A stretch of 64,000 nucleotides of DNA from Eledone cirrhosa (Eukaryota), in the NCBI GenBank assembly GCA_964016885.1, contig OZ024743.1, positions 313,162,001 through 313,226,000 on the forward strand, read 5' to 3'. Positions 18,301 through 31,859 of this stretch are shown here, in pieces. Numbering within the stretch: the stretch's first letter is position 1; the number at the start of each line of letters is the position of its first letter. The notes below the pieces were generated by a model. The model was not told the DNA's origin, searched no databases, and saw nothing but the letters and a program-made list of their open reading frames with translations. Position numbers and translations under genes: made by a program.

Positions 18301-18992
18301 AAGTGGAAGGCCTCCCATCGTATTCTTCTGATGAAGAATACGACCTCAACCGATTAACGATAGAAACGAGATAACTATTAGCTGTCAACATCGAAGGGCA
18401 AATTCCTTCGCAAACAGAATATTCGACCCAACATAGTAATCTAATCTCACTTTTACTTATAGCTAACATGTTAAATTTTTAACCCAGACTTGGATAATTA
18501 TAGGTTACCTCCCCTACACTGTCTCTCACTTAAGCTCATTAGCAATTCTTAGCTATAAATCACCTACATTTTCTAAATTCTCAAGGAGTTACTTCCCTTG
18601 AAACCCGTCTCTAATTAGTAAGGTAAATGTCCTTAGGTAGCCATTTTGTTACGCATAGGCAGACCTCGCTTAATACAGCCTCGACAGAAGAATAATGCTT
18701 GCTTATAGCAGACAATAAATACACCCAGGACACCATAGTGAAATACCAATATATGGAACATTACATTCACATAACCATCTTTCTTTGCCTTATTTTATAC
18801 TCCTTATTCCATAGTATCTTTATCAATATTTTCATTATCTCTTTTGAAGTTCCGAAGAGCCGCTCCATTATTTTTACCTAAGTTATTTATCTTCATCTGA
18901 ACCAAATCAATAATGATCTATAATCATTTGATCTAGAAACATTATATGGAGTAGCGAAAAAATTGTAAACGGACATTATTATTATTATCATT
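15371..18992 (-). mobile_element. Penelope-like element (Naiad-like), 5'-truncated, flanked by ~640-bp inverted terminal repeats
   Basis: RT motifs FLQFDIDSYY, MGSSDS, IYRDG, NFLDV; CNCR...PLNGQCL linker; GIY-YIG (IVYRC...YIGST...RYNAH); CDLCLTE. 15371-16006 is the reverse complement of 18339-18992. Confidence 0.9.
15950..18330 (-). pseudogene. PLE RT-GIY-YIG ORF, disrupted
   Basis: ORFs 17991-18293 and 16539-17930, plus a manually translated GIY-YIG at ~16000-16380; catalytic YRDD altered to YRDG; frameshifts present. Confidence 0.85.
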
Positions 18993-18995
18993 TTG

Positions 18996-19115
18996 TGTTC
19001 AAATCCCGCCGAGGTTAACTTTGCCTTTCATCCTTACGGGGTCGATAAAATAAAGTACCAGTAATACACTGAGTAATTGCTGGCCTTGTGCCTAAAGTAG
19101 AATCAATTATTATTA
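18996..19115 (+). mobile_element. SINE family A, B-box to tail
   Basis: gttcaaatcccgccgaggttaactttgcctttcatccttacggggtcgataaa...(ATT)n. Confidence 0.85.
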
Positions 19116-19209
19116 TCATTATTATTCCTTACACTAAACTGCAACAATGCTGACACTCTTTAAATAACGTCTTCCTTGTGAAATTTGTGGTCTTGTTTTG
19201 CTTAACTAA

Positions 19210-19548
<339 letters not shown>

Positions 19549-20554
19549 ATAAACACAATATCGGAGAAAGCTTTTTAGCGATACTCCGGCAAAATTCCAA
19601 CTCACTCAACAAACATTAGGAAATAAGTGATTACATTCCAAATTATGTGTTCGGGGTGCTAACTAAAAGTATTGCGTGGAAAATTGGCTGTATTATTTCA
19701 AATGAGATATATCTAATATATCTCTTCCCCGATGGACGTCTCGTTTAATTATATGATTCCTACAATTTGGGTTAAATTATACCAAATTATGTAGGAGCTT
19801 GTATACCATCAATAGATATATATTCAAGTTGGCTCCTATAATTCATCAGTGTGTGCCCCAATAATACTAATATTGATAATCTAACCGACATCAGCATTTA
19901 GCGATAATCACTTTCTGTGCCTGAGGTATCTGTCAGGTTGCCAGTCCAGCAGTTCTGAAAGAAGTGCTCGAACTGATTCAAAAAATGAGGAAGTGAATTA
20001 CCGCCAAAAAAAAAAAACAATACATGCGCGTGACAATGGACTCTGAAAGGAATTCAGACCCCATGCTAAGAACTCAATTGGAAATTGAAAAAATATCTAT
20101 GTGTGTACAACATTTGATGACACACACAGATATTTTCTCGGGCAAAATAACGACTTCTGCTTACCATTTACGTGATTTTGTCTTTGCGTGCTATTGTTCT
20201 CCACGCTCCACATATGACTTATTATCTTCGTTTTTTCGTTCATTGCCAGAGAACGTCTCTATGCACCACCTAAGAGAACATTAGTCTACGACTTCTTTTA
20301 TACCATAAACGTGGTTCTGTCTCTGCGCGTAATTGTTTTTCACCGCTCCTATTAATGACGTATTATTCGTTTTTTCCCGTTCTTTGCCAGCGAACGTTAC
20401 CACGAACCAAAGTATCGTCTTCCTGTCTTCGTCCGGTTGCAACGTTTTTTGAAATATCCAGTTCTGCGTTTACAGATTGACTTTGTTAGTTTCAGAAGAT
20501 CCCGTTAAGGGTGAAAGCAGCGATTTTTTGCTTAAACTTTAATCTGTTATTTTA

Positions 20555-20604
<50 letters not shown>

Positions 20605-20637
20605 ACATACATACCTATATATATATACATATATACG

Positions 20638-20795
20638 CGACGGGCTTCTAAATATTCTATCGATCAGACAGCATCCACAAGATATTGTTTAATATGTGGT
20701 CGTAGTAGAAGACACTTGACCAAGCTGCTATTCAGCGTGACTGAACCCGAAACCACGTGGCTGGTGAAGCGAACTCTGTAATCACAGCCATATCT
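20638..20795 (-). mobile_element. tRNA-derived SINE family B (CORE-like), degenerate
   Basis: Minus-strand B-box gggttcagtc followed by ttggtcaagtgtcttctac; similar copy at 48585-48715. Confidence 0.55.
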
Positions 20796-20865
20796 GAGTC
20801 TATATGTGTGTGTACATTGATGTCTCAAGCTTACACCCACACAAAGACACACACACATATAGTAA

Positions 20866-20914
<49 letters not shown>

Positions 20915-20915
20915 G

Positions 20916-20947
<32 letters not shown>

Positions 20948-20959
20948 TGTATATATATG

Positions 20960-20992
<33 letters not shown>

Positions 20993-21029
20993 GTATATAT
21001 ATGTATATATATATATATGTATATATATG

Positions 21030-21067
<38 letters not shown>

Positions 21068-21083
21068 AATATATATATATAAC

Positions 21084-21117
<34 letters not shown>

Positions 21118-21119
21118 AC

Positions 21120-21177
<58 letters not shown>

Positions 21178-21184
21178 TGAAATA

Positions 21185-21365
21185 GAATGAAATGAAATTT
21201 CATTTCTCACTCTTAGTACGGCACTTACTTAAATGTAAGTATGCATGTATGTATACGTACATACATATATGTATACAGACGTACAATAGTATGTATATAT
21301 ATACATACATGCACACACATATATATGCACGTATCGGTTTACCGAATATTTATTATAATGCTCAG
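21185..21365. repeat. Dispersed repeat family X (partial)
   Basis: Reverse complement of 32610-32780; same family at 49957-50320. Confidence 0.75.
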
Positions 21366-21383
21366 TTTAAGTATATATATATG

Positions 21384-21417
<34 letters not shown>

Positions 21418-21418
21418 A

Positions 21419-21894
<476 letters not shown>

Positions 21895-21977
21895 GCATAC
21901 TCCAGTCCCACAAACTGTAGAGTGCTTCTTATACGATATCTGCATTGCTTTATTGTACTACAATAAAACTCACCTCC

Positions 21978-22969
<992 letters not shown>

Positions 22970-23202
22970 GTGTGTGTGAGCAAGAAGAATGAAGTGTTCA
23001 TTCTACTGACATGGCTATCAAATTGAGGCTTGTTTACAAAATTGCATACAAATCGAATGTTATTATTAATAAAAATAAAGTACCAGTAATGCACTGGGTA
23101 ACTGCTGGCCTTGTGCCAAATGTAGAAACAATTATTAATATTCGAAAAACTTATATTTATTGTATTCAGCCATGTAGAGCGAAATTTTCTTTTATATATA
23201 TG

Positions 23203-23298
<96 letters not shown>

Positions 23299-23569
23299 CA
23301 TATATATATATATATATGCTCGGGATTTTCTCTAGCGTTCTTATACATTTGATATATATTTATCCTTATCGAGCCTCGTGAAATAAATACGTTTGTTTAT
23401 AATCAATCTGTGAACGCAGAAGTAAATATTTCGAAAAACGTTACACACTATATATATACACACACACACTATATATACATATATATCACACACAGCGTTA
23501 TAATGTCGTAATGCAGATACCCAGACATACAGACAGATATTATAAGGGCGCAACGTCATATCTATGTAT

Positions 23570-23751
23570 CTATCTAAAATGAAATATAGAGAGAGATCGC
23601 TAAATCGCCTAAGGCATTGATAATTTGAAATATTCTTTGCTCAAAACACTCACAGGACCATAAGTATTACATGTGTAAAGATTGAAAACAATCGGTTGGG
23701 TGGTTCTCGAGGTTTAGGGAGTCAGACAGACATATAGACATTTTCTGTTTT

Positions 23752-23760
<9 letters not shown>
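23570..23760 (+). mobile_element. Helentron/HINE-like 3' terminal fragment
   Basis: aaaacaatcggttgggtggttctcgag...cagacagaca...ttttagatatata resembles the ends at 46280-46365. Confidence 0.35.
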
Positions 23761-23786
<26 letters not shown>

Positions 23787-23789
23787 AAA

Positions 23790-24400
23790 GAATAGAGGTG
23801 TAACACACAAGTTATTATATATTGGTAAACGGAATAGAAAAATGCTGACAAATTGTTCACAGTTGAAAAATGGTTTAATTAGGAATAAAAGAGTATTAGT
23901 GATTGTATGGGTTAGTATTCAGTTGTGGTTTTAAGTTTTTAAGTTTTTACCGGTTGCGCATTTCTAAATGCTTTTCAAAAATAATTTTGAGATAGAGTGT
24001 CCGTGCTGTTTGCTCTGATCTGATTAGTTTTGGGAATTCTACCTGTTTTTATGTTAAAAAAATGGCTCCAGCGTTATTTTTGTGTTGTAAAAATGCTTGT
24101 GGTCAAAACAATTTTGATTGGTGGGTAGAGGTCATGTGAATGTAAAAAGTTGATTTTGCGCCAAGACTGTTTTTATGTTAAAATGTTAGAAAAGTGGCTC
24201 CAGCAAAAATTATGGTCAAAACAATTTTGATTGGTCGGTAGAGGTCATGTGGATAAAAAATTGGTTTTGCGCCAAGATTGAGAAATGACTCTTTCACAAC
24301 AAATGTGTGTGTGTGTGTGTGTGTGTAGTAGTAGTAGTAGTAAGGTGTTCGATGCTGCGACAATAGCCACCAGCGATGTGTGTCAAATGGCTATTAAGAT

Positions 24401-24438
<38 letters not shown>

Positions 24439-24729
24439 ACATGCACACAGCAGAGTCATTCGAAGGTCAAAAGATATTTTTCAGCTTTTGTCTTATACGG
24501 AGAAGTGCGTGTGTGTGTGTGTGTGTATAAGTCTCTTTGTATGTTGATGTACGCGTGTGTATGTGTTTGTGTATATATGTGTGTGTGTGTGTGTGTGCGT
24601 GTGTGGGTGGACCAGTATTTTTTTCCCCCCTGGTAAAATGGTGTACATTATTCGATTTTTTCAGTAAAATCGGTTCTCTTAATAGAACATCAACAATCTT
24701 AACAATAAAAGGTGTGAAATGATATTCAC

Positions 24730-24782
<53 letters not shown>

Positions 24783-26079
24783 TCACTACACATATATATA
24801 TATATATATATACATATATACATACATATATATGCACATATATTTTTTTGTATTGCACCATAGAGCATGTGTGTTTACGTGTGTCATTGTGTTTATATGT
24901 GGGTAGAGATGTGTGCTGATGTAGGTATGTATGTTGACGTGTGTATGTTGTGGGTTCGTCTTAGGGAGAAGTGTTTAGACGGGGTCCGTATTTGTTAATG
25001 AAGTAAGATTCCTTGCTGATGCGCTGGGTGTGGGTGGCATTATCTTTAAATTTGTAGAGGGGAAAGATTCTGAAGTTGGGATGATTTTGGGCGGCGCAGG
25101 TATCAATGTGTTCACTCAGTGGTATTTTCCTGTATTCCCGTATTTTAATTTGGGATCTATGGACAGTCATGCGTTGGCGGAGGCTGTTTTTGGTCTGGCC
25201 TATGTATTGTTCTCGACAACCTGAACAAGTTAATACATATATTAAATTTTCCGATGCACATGTGAAATTGTGTTTTACTATAAAACGTTGTCCATCTTTG
25301 AAATAGAATTCCGAACCCTCTATTAGGTTGATGCAAATGCCACAGTTGGGTCTATCGCATTTTTTTACTGTGGGTTTCGTTGTTGTGGTTGGCAGTACTT
25401 TGGCATGTGTTAAGATGTTTTTCATTGACTTGGATTGTCTTTTGCTCTTTATGATATCGTGTGTTCGTAGAATTTGGTTCATTCTATGGTCCTTTTTCAA
25501 TACAGGGATGTTCTGGAGGATGGTGTCAAAGGCCTCGTTGTTGAGGGGGTTGTGTGTGGAGATGTATGGAAGAGCTTTTAGTTTTGGTTGATTTACTTTA
25601 GGGTGTCTAAGGTCCTGGGTACTGAGTTTTAGGGCACGTTGGATTCCATTGTCAATTAGTGATGCAGGGTAGTCCCTGCCTATGAGTGTGTCCTTTAGTT
25701 CTTGTAGCCGTAAGTAGCAGATGTTTTTATTGGAGACTATAGTACAGATTCTCTTGGCTAAGTTGTAGGGAATATTAATTTTAACGTGTCTAGGGTGGCA
25801 AGAGTTGAAGGGGAGGTATTGCTTGGAGTCTGTGGGCTTGTAGTATATGTCTGTTTCTATTTTTTTGAATTCCCAAAACTAATCAGATCAGAGCAAACAG
25901 CACGGACACTCTATCTCAAAATTATTTTTGAAAAGCATTTAGAAATGCGCAACCGGTAAAAACTTAAAAACTTAAAACCACAACTGAATACTAACCCATA
26001 CAATCACTAATACTCTTTTATTCCTAATTAAACCATTTTTCAACTGTGAACAATTTGTCAGCATTTTCTATTCCGTTTA

Positions 26080-26085
<6 letters not shown>
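23790..26085 (-). mobile_element. Penelope-like element (Neptune-type), 5'-truncated with an inverted terminal repeat, in (TA)n
   Basis: 23819-24038 is the reverse complement of 25867-26085; RT-thumb/GIY-YIG ORF lies between them. Confidence 0.88.
24961..25860 (-). CDS. PLE RT C-terminus + GIY-YIG endonuclease (5'-truncated open frame)
   Basis: IETDIYYKPTDSKQYLPFNSCHP...CDRPNCGIC...FTCASENLIYVLTC...YIGQT...RMTVH...PRLN. Confidence 0.85.
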   Translation of the reverse strand: METDIYYKPTDSKQYLPFNSCHPRHVKINIPYNLAKRICTIVSNKNICYLRLQELKDTLIGRDYPASLIDNGIQRALKLSTQDLRHPKVNQPKLKALPYISTHNPLNNEAFDTILQNIPVLKKDHRMNQILRTHDIIKSKRQSKSMKNILTHAKVLPTTTTKPTVKKCDRPNCGICINLIEGSEFYFKDGQRFIVKHNFTCASENLIYVLTCSGCREQYIGQTKNSLRQRMTVHRSQIKIREYRKIPLSEHIDTCAAQNHPNFRIFPLYKFKDNATHTQRISKESYFINKYGPRLNTSP

Positions 26086-26145
<60 letters not shown>

Positions 26146-26176
26146 TATACACACACATATACATATATATATATAC

Positions 26177-26253
<77 letters not shown>

Positions 26254-26256
26254 TAT

Positions 26257-26331
<75 letters not shown>

Positions 26332-26334
26332 TAT

Positions 26335-26393
<59 letters not shown>

Positions 26394-26394
<1 letters not shown>

Positions 26395-26756
26395 ACGATA
26401 TTAATAAATGGAAACTATATTTATAAAACCATATTTATTTCATTATACATATTTCAGGGATACCAAATTAAATTATGGTATGCCTTCATCAGACAAAATA
26501 CAATATATAACAGTTTTATAAATAAGCTTTGACGTACCCTTTTAAAATGCGACCATTATTTTTGGAAGCCATCCGGATGACTTCCAAAAACAATGGTTGC
26601 ATTTTACTAGGGTACGTCAAAGCTTATTTGTAAAACTGTTATATATTGTATTTTGTCTGATGAAGGCATACCATAATTTAATTTGGTATCCCTGAAATAT
26701 GTATAATGAAATAAATATGGTTTTATAAATATAGTTTCCATTTATTAATATCGTAT
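26394..26756. repeat. ~360-bp near-perfect palindrome (PLE terminus family H)
   Basis: Centre catcc|ggatg at 26574/26575; few arm mismatches; flanked by TA repeats. Confidence 0.9.
26649..26713 (+). ncRNA. Minimal type I hammerhead ribozyme (mirror on - strand at ~26436-26500)
   Basis: tattttgt CTGATGA agg-catacca...tggtat-ccct GAAA TATGTA TA atgaaata. Confidence 0.7.
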
Positions 26757-26989
26757 AAATATACATATATATATACATATATATATACATATATATATAT
26801 GTTATTATATACATGGATATATATTTAATGATGTTGTTAACGAAGGTTTTTCCGCATAATGATAATCGCAAAATGAAAGATTGTTCAAAACAGACAGACG
26901 GACGGAGAGACAAACAGACGACAGAAAGAGACGATTCAGTTATGGTTACTCTAACTCTAATGAAGCGATCACTTTAAGTATCTCAAGCA

Positions 26990-27530
26990 ACAGGAGGGAA
27001 TCTACGTGGCCAACTTCTAAATATACGGCCAACAGCACCGGCACCACTACCACCGTCATCACCAGTTCCTGCACCATCACTACCAACACCGTCATCACCA
27101 GCACAAGCAGCATCAACCACTTCACGGCCACCATCGCTAACTCCATCATCACCATTATAATTCCTACTTCTACCGACACCACTACTCATGCCCCAATCCC
27201 CATTACAACAGCACTGTCACCACTACCAAAAGCCTGATAACTGCCCCCATCACAAGCACCAAACTACCCTCCACCATCATTCATTACTGCAACACCACTT
27301 CTACCACCAACAAAATTCAGACCACCACCACTTTCACAAACATCACCATCACCATCATTATCATTATCACCACCACCACTACCACTAAATACCACCACCT
27401 ATAACATCCATTACAACAACCATGACCAACATTCCCACCACAACCTCAATTACTGCACCTCCATCTCACAATTACTCTACCTCCACCTCACAACCATCAT
27501 TCCCAGGATCAACGTTACCAACACTACATA
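26990..27530. repeat. Degenerate (CAC/CAT/ACC)n low-complexity tract
   Basis: Trinucleotide-like repeats giving spurious Thr/His-rich ORFs. Confidence 0.7.
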
Positions 27531-27920
27531 TATCACCATGACAATAACACGAGGAGTGGAGTCGATTCTAAGTCCTCTGCCATCAATACTATATATATAT
27601 ATCACCATGGCTATAACACGAGCAGTGGGGGTAATTCTAAGTCCTCTGTCGTGAATACTATATATATCACCATGGCAATAACACGAGGAGTGGAGTCGAT
27701 TCTAAGTCCTCTGCCATCAATACTATATATATATATCACCATGGCAATAACACAAGGAGTGGGGGTGATTCTAAGTCCTCTGTCGTGAATACTATATATA
27801 TCACCATGGCTATAACACGAGCAGTGGGGGTAATTCTAAGTCCTCTGTCGTGAATACTATATATATCACCATGGCAATAACACAAGGAGTGGGGGCGATT
27901 CTAAGTCCTCTGCCATCAAT
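27531..27920. repeat. ~64-70-bp minisatellite, 6 copies
   Basis: Unit tatcaccatggcaataacacgaggagtgg...gattctaagtcctctg...aatactata, with two interleaved variant types. Confidence 0.9.
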
Positions 27921-28019
27921 CTTTCTGAAACCCCAACTATCCATCTGTAGGAGTTGCAAACACCCAGAGAATTACCCCTGAATGCATTTGAGGGTATTGC
28001 TTAGAACATCAGGCTGATA

Positions 28020-28360
28020 CCACTTCACACCCCTACTTGTGCCATTTCACACTCTTAATGGTGCCACTCCCCACCCGAGCTGGTGCCATTTCACACCCCT
28101 AATGTTGCCCTTTCACAACCCTAATTGTGCAATTTCACACCACTAATGTTGCCATTTCACAACCCTAATGGTGTCACTTCATACTCCTAATCGCACCATT
28201 CCGCACCCTGCTTGTGCCATATCACACCCCTTCTGGTGCCACTTCACATCTCTGATGGTGCAATTTACAACCCCAGCTTGTGCCATATCACACCCCATCT
28301 GGTGCCACTTCACATCCCCAATGGTGCCTCTTCACACTCCTAATGTTGTCACTTCATGCT
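28020..28360. repeat. ~21-bp degenerate minisatellite
   Basis: Unit similar to gtgccatttcacacccctaat, roughly 15 copies. Confidence 0.8.
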
Positions 28361-30066
28361 CTAACCATTACTGTCAGTAAAGTCTGCCGATGAGAATGGA
28401 ACTCAGAATGGAGAACTATTAAACTAAATACTGTAATGTCATTTAATCTAACGTTTAACTACATCTGCTATAATTTAGCCAAACTACTAATGACAGGTGT
28501 CTATTTAATCAATATATTCAACACATTTAAAAATAAATCTTCTCAGAAATGAACTTGAATAATGAAGACACTCGGTTTATTATATACAATTATTCTGCTC
28601 TATAATCTGTCACTATGCATCAAATTATTTGTCCAGTTTAGAAAATTGGAACATATTTAATAAGTTTATAATCTCCCACTTTAAAAGATTGTAACACGCA
28701 TATTTACTGCACGTAGTTACTTTTCTACCGTAATCCCACCCTAATACTATTGTAATTCTAGTGTAATTCTACTGTAATTCCAGACTGTCATTCTGATAAT
28801 TCGTTGGAACTAGCTTTTAAAGTTATTCCCACTTGCTGCTACACCCTTCAGCTTAAGGCGTAATATCACTTTAAATTGTCAGACAGAACTGTAAGAGATT
28901 TCATCTGACCCAGTATCACTTCGTATTAAACATCTTCAGTAGATATTTTACTTCAACTTTAATTCTTTAATTAGTTCAAATCTCTTTAATTAGAGTCACT
29001 CGTCTAATTATATGCGAGATCTCAGTGATGATTAAAGATGCTTAATTCTGCAATAAAGTTTATTTCAAATGGATTCATATCAAAGATATACGAACACTAT
29101 TTCCAGACTATGATCGACTAATATGTGAATATTATTCATATTAATGGATATTATTTTATCGATCCCAGAATCGGGCGAAATTTAAAGTTAGCAGAGGTTT
29201 AAACTCAATACAATATATGTTAAAAGTTAGAGTGAAAGTTTATCTCAAGGCAGAGGGCACATTAGGTTGCATTCGAATAACTAAAACAGAAAAACTCTAA
29301 GAGTAAAACTGTTTTGAGATCGTGTTATCAGACATGAGATGATGGCGCATCAACAAACAATTTATCTCAAGGGGTTCGGACTGTCTGTTAAGTTTTAATC
29401 AAAACAAAAATCAATTTAAACAAAAATGACACTTATACATATTTCCAGACCGTGGAATGGAAACTGGAAGCTCATGATTGCGTAATGAACATATTAACCA
29501 CATGGCTATACCTGAGATTATGATGCAATATGAAAAAGAATATTAGGAGAAACCACTTTCTAATAATGTAATAATGAATAAGGTGAATTAATTATAAAGC
29601 AAAAATATGATAATTCGGAAGTAAAAGTCAACGAAAATAAAACAGCAAACAAGACAGAATATTATGCTTTTGTCTTTTCATAATATTTTGTTACAAAAAT
29701 TCCGATGTTATCATACAGATAGTTGTACCCTGGTTAAAGTTATATTAATGAAGGTATGAAAAACAACATTCTTCTGATATCGATTTCGACGCCATTAATG
29801 CTATGTAAGCCTTTCATAATTGCGATCTTATCAAGGTGTACACATATTTCTGTTTTGCTTCAAACACAACGTAGACGTTTGATCATGTTTTCATGAGTTC
29901 AATAACCTACGTTAATTGAAGAATCTAATAAAATCAAACATCTTCACGACCCACGCAAGCTTTCAGGGCTATAACACTATTTGATCTCTTTGAAATATCG
30001 AATGCAAAGTTCAGAAAATTTATCCACTAAAATATATGTTTTAATTAAGGCTTTTTAAAAACCACG

Positions 30067-30111
<45 letters not shown>

Positions 30112-30231
30112 ACGCACACGCACACACAAACACCCACCCACACACCCACACCCACACCTACACACACGTATATGTGAGTGTGTGTATATGTATAATATAT
30201 ATGTATAAATATGTGTGCGTGTACATGTATG

Positions 30232-30267
<36 letters not shown>

Positions 30268-30511
30268 ATATATGGTTTATCATTAATTGCGAACCAATGT
30301 ATGTATTTGTGTATTTGCGAGTGTGTGTATGTTACAGTGTTAGTAAACGTATGACTATCAACAAGCGTGTGTACGTAAAGAACTCCATAAAAACCTATCA
30401 GTTACATCATTTACGTTTAAAAAAATTTACAAAAACAAAAAAACACAAATCAACAAAACGGACGAAAAAAAAGGAAAGAAAACTAATAGTAAAAAGACCA
30501 AACTATTTCTA

Positions 30512-30690
30512 TAATTGTTTCTACTTTTGGCATCAGGCCAGCAATTAACCAGTACATTACTGGTACTTTATTTTATCGACCCCGTAGGGATGAAAGGCAA
30601 AGTTAACCTCGACAGGATTTGAACTCAGACCGTAAAGGGAGGTAACTATGCTGCAAAGCATGGCGTCCAACCCTCTACCGATACTGCTAA
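30512..30690 (-). mobile_element. SINE family A, near full length
   Basis: Tail, central domain, B-box and head all present. Confidence 0.85.
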
Positions 30691-30770
30691 TTCTATAATA
30701 TTAAACATCGTAACAACGCATGGCCCTTTTAGTATCTCTCTCTCCCCCTCTCTCTCCCCCTCTCTCTCTT

Positions 30771-30801
<31 letters not shown>

Positions 30802-30809
30802 CTATCTAT

Positions 30810-31105
30810 CTAGGGCGGGTAAAATTCCCGAGATCCATGGACGATTTCTCTCCAGCGGTCTCTGTCCCTCATTATCGCTGCCATGTTCTGCGTCTCCAAC
30901 AGACCAGTGTCTGTCGTTAGGGCATCAACATACGTTAACTTTGGTCTTCCTCTTCCAGTGTGTCCATGTAGGGGCTCCCACAGGAGCACTGAGTGCAATG
31001 TCAACTCTGGATGTCGGTGAGCATGTCCAGCTAACCTCAGTCTCCTCTGTGTCACTTTTGAGCTGACTTTTGGGAGGCTCCCATACAGCTCTGAGATTTT
31101 CATCC
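30810..31105 (-). mobile_element. RTE-like LINE 3' fragment
   Basis: RRLRLAGHAHRH...LWEP..G..GRGRP...DRDRWR; simple-repeat tail adjacent. Confidence 0.85.
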
Positions 31106-31119
31106 TCAGTGTATACTGA

Positions 31120-31169
<50 letters not shown>

Positions 31170-31197
31170 CTACATATATATATAGCTTCATACGGAA

Positions 31198-31234
<37 letters not shown>

Positions 31235-31239
<5 letters not shown>

Positions 31240-31424
31240 AACCAGTAAGACCCCGACGGCCGAGCTCAAGCCCTTTCGACGGCTAATTCTGGAATTAGCC
31301 GTCGAAACGGCTTGAGCTCAGCCGTTGGGGTCTTACTGGTTCCTATTATCCACTCTACTACCCTAAGTATTGAGTACTTTGGTGCGTTATGGTCCACCTG
31401 GTTCCTTACCACATTTCCTTCGTT
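31235..31424. mobile_element. Short hairpin-headed dispersed element (family P) in (TA)n
   Basis: ~55-bp inverted arms (31235-31346) plus an ~80-bp tail; copies at 43228-43417, 31615-31695 (partial) and 47770-47930 (diverged). Confidence 0.75.
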
Positions 31425-31692
31425 ATATATATATATATATATATAGTTCAACAGGCAAGTTCAGCCACCCCTACCTCCCACCAAATGCCATGATAGACTT
31501 ATTTGTGTTTTCAACAAATTTTAACCAAACCTCTTGACAACTACAATCTTCCCATATAAGGAAGTACCCCCTTGAAAAGTTCGACTATTTATTCACCAGG
31601 TTAAAATTCTAATTTAGTCCAGAAATAGCCGTCGAAACGGCTTGAGCTCTGCCGTCGGGGTCATACTTTTTCCTATTTCCCACTCTACTACC

Positions 31693-31771
<79 letters not shown>

Positions 31772-31859
31772 ATTTAAAGTTATCTATAATGTAGTGATAA
31801 TATATCGTCACGTTAGAGAGGAACAGCGTACGTGTAGGTTTGCTCAACGAGTATAAATT

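Noticed and set aside
18699-18881. 60-aa hydrophobic ORF duplicated at 15482-15664
   Set aside because: Lies in the PLE terminal repeat, starts at TTG, and is duplicated only because of the inverted repeat.
18895-18960. Hammerhead in the terminal repeat of the 15-19 kb PLE
   Set aside because: Both arms read ataatga instead of CTGATGA; too degenerate to call.
26881-27388. Thr-rich mucin-like or His-rich ORFs
   Set aside because: Degenerate trinucleotide low-complexity sequence with no supportable exon structure.
27531-27920. CRISPR-like array (also considered for 54608-54930)
   Set aside because: Whole units repeat with no unique spacers, there are no cas genes, and the context is eukaryotic.
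29440-29515. Possible host exon (ttccag...gtaatg)
   Set aside because: The sequence looks like a decayed minus-strand SINE tRNA head.
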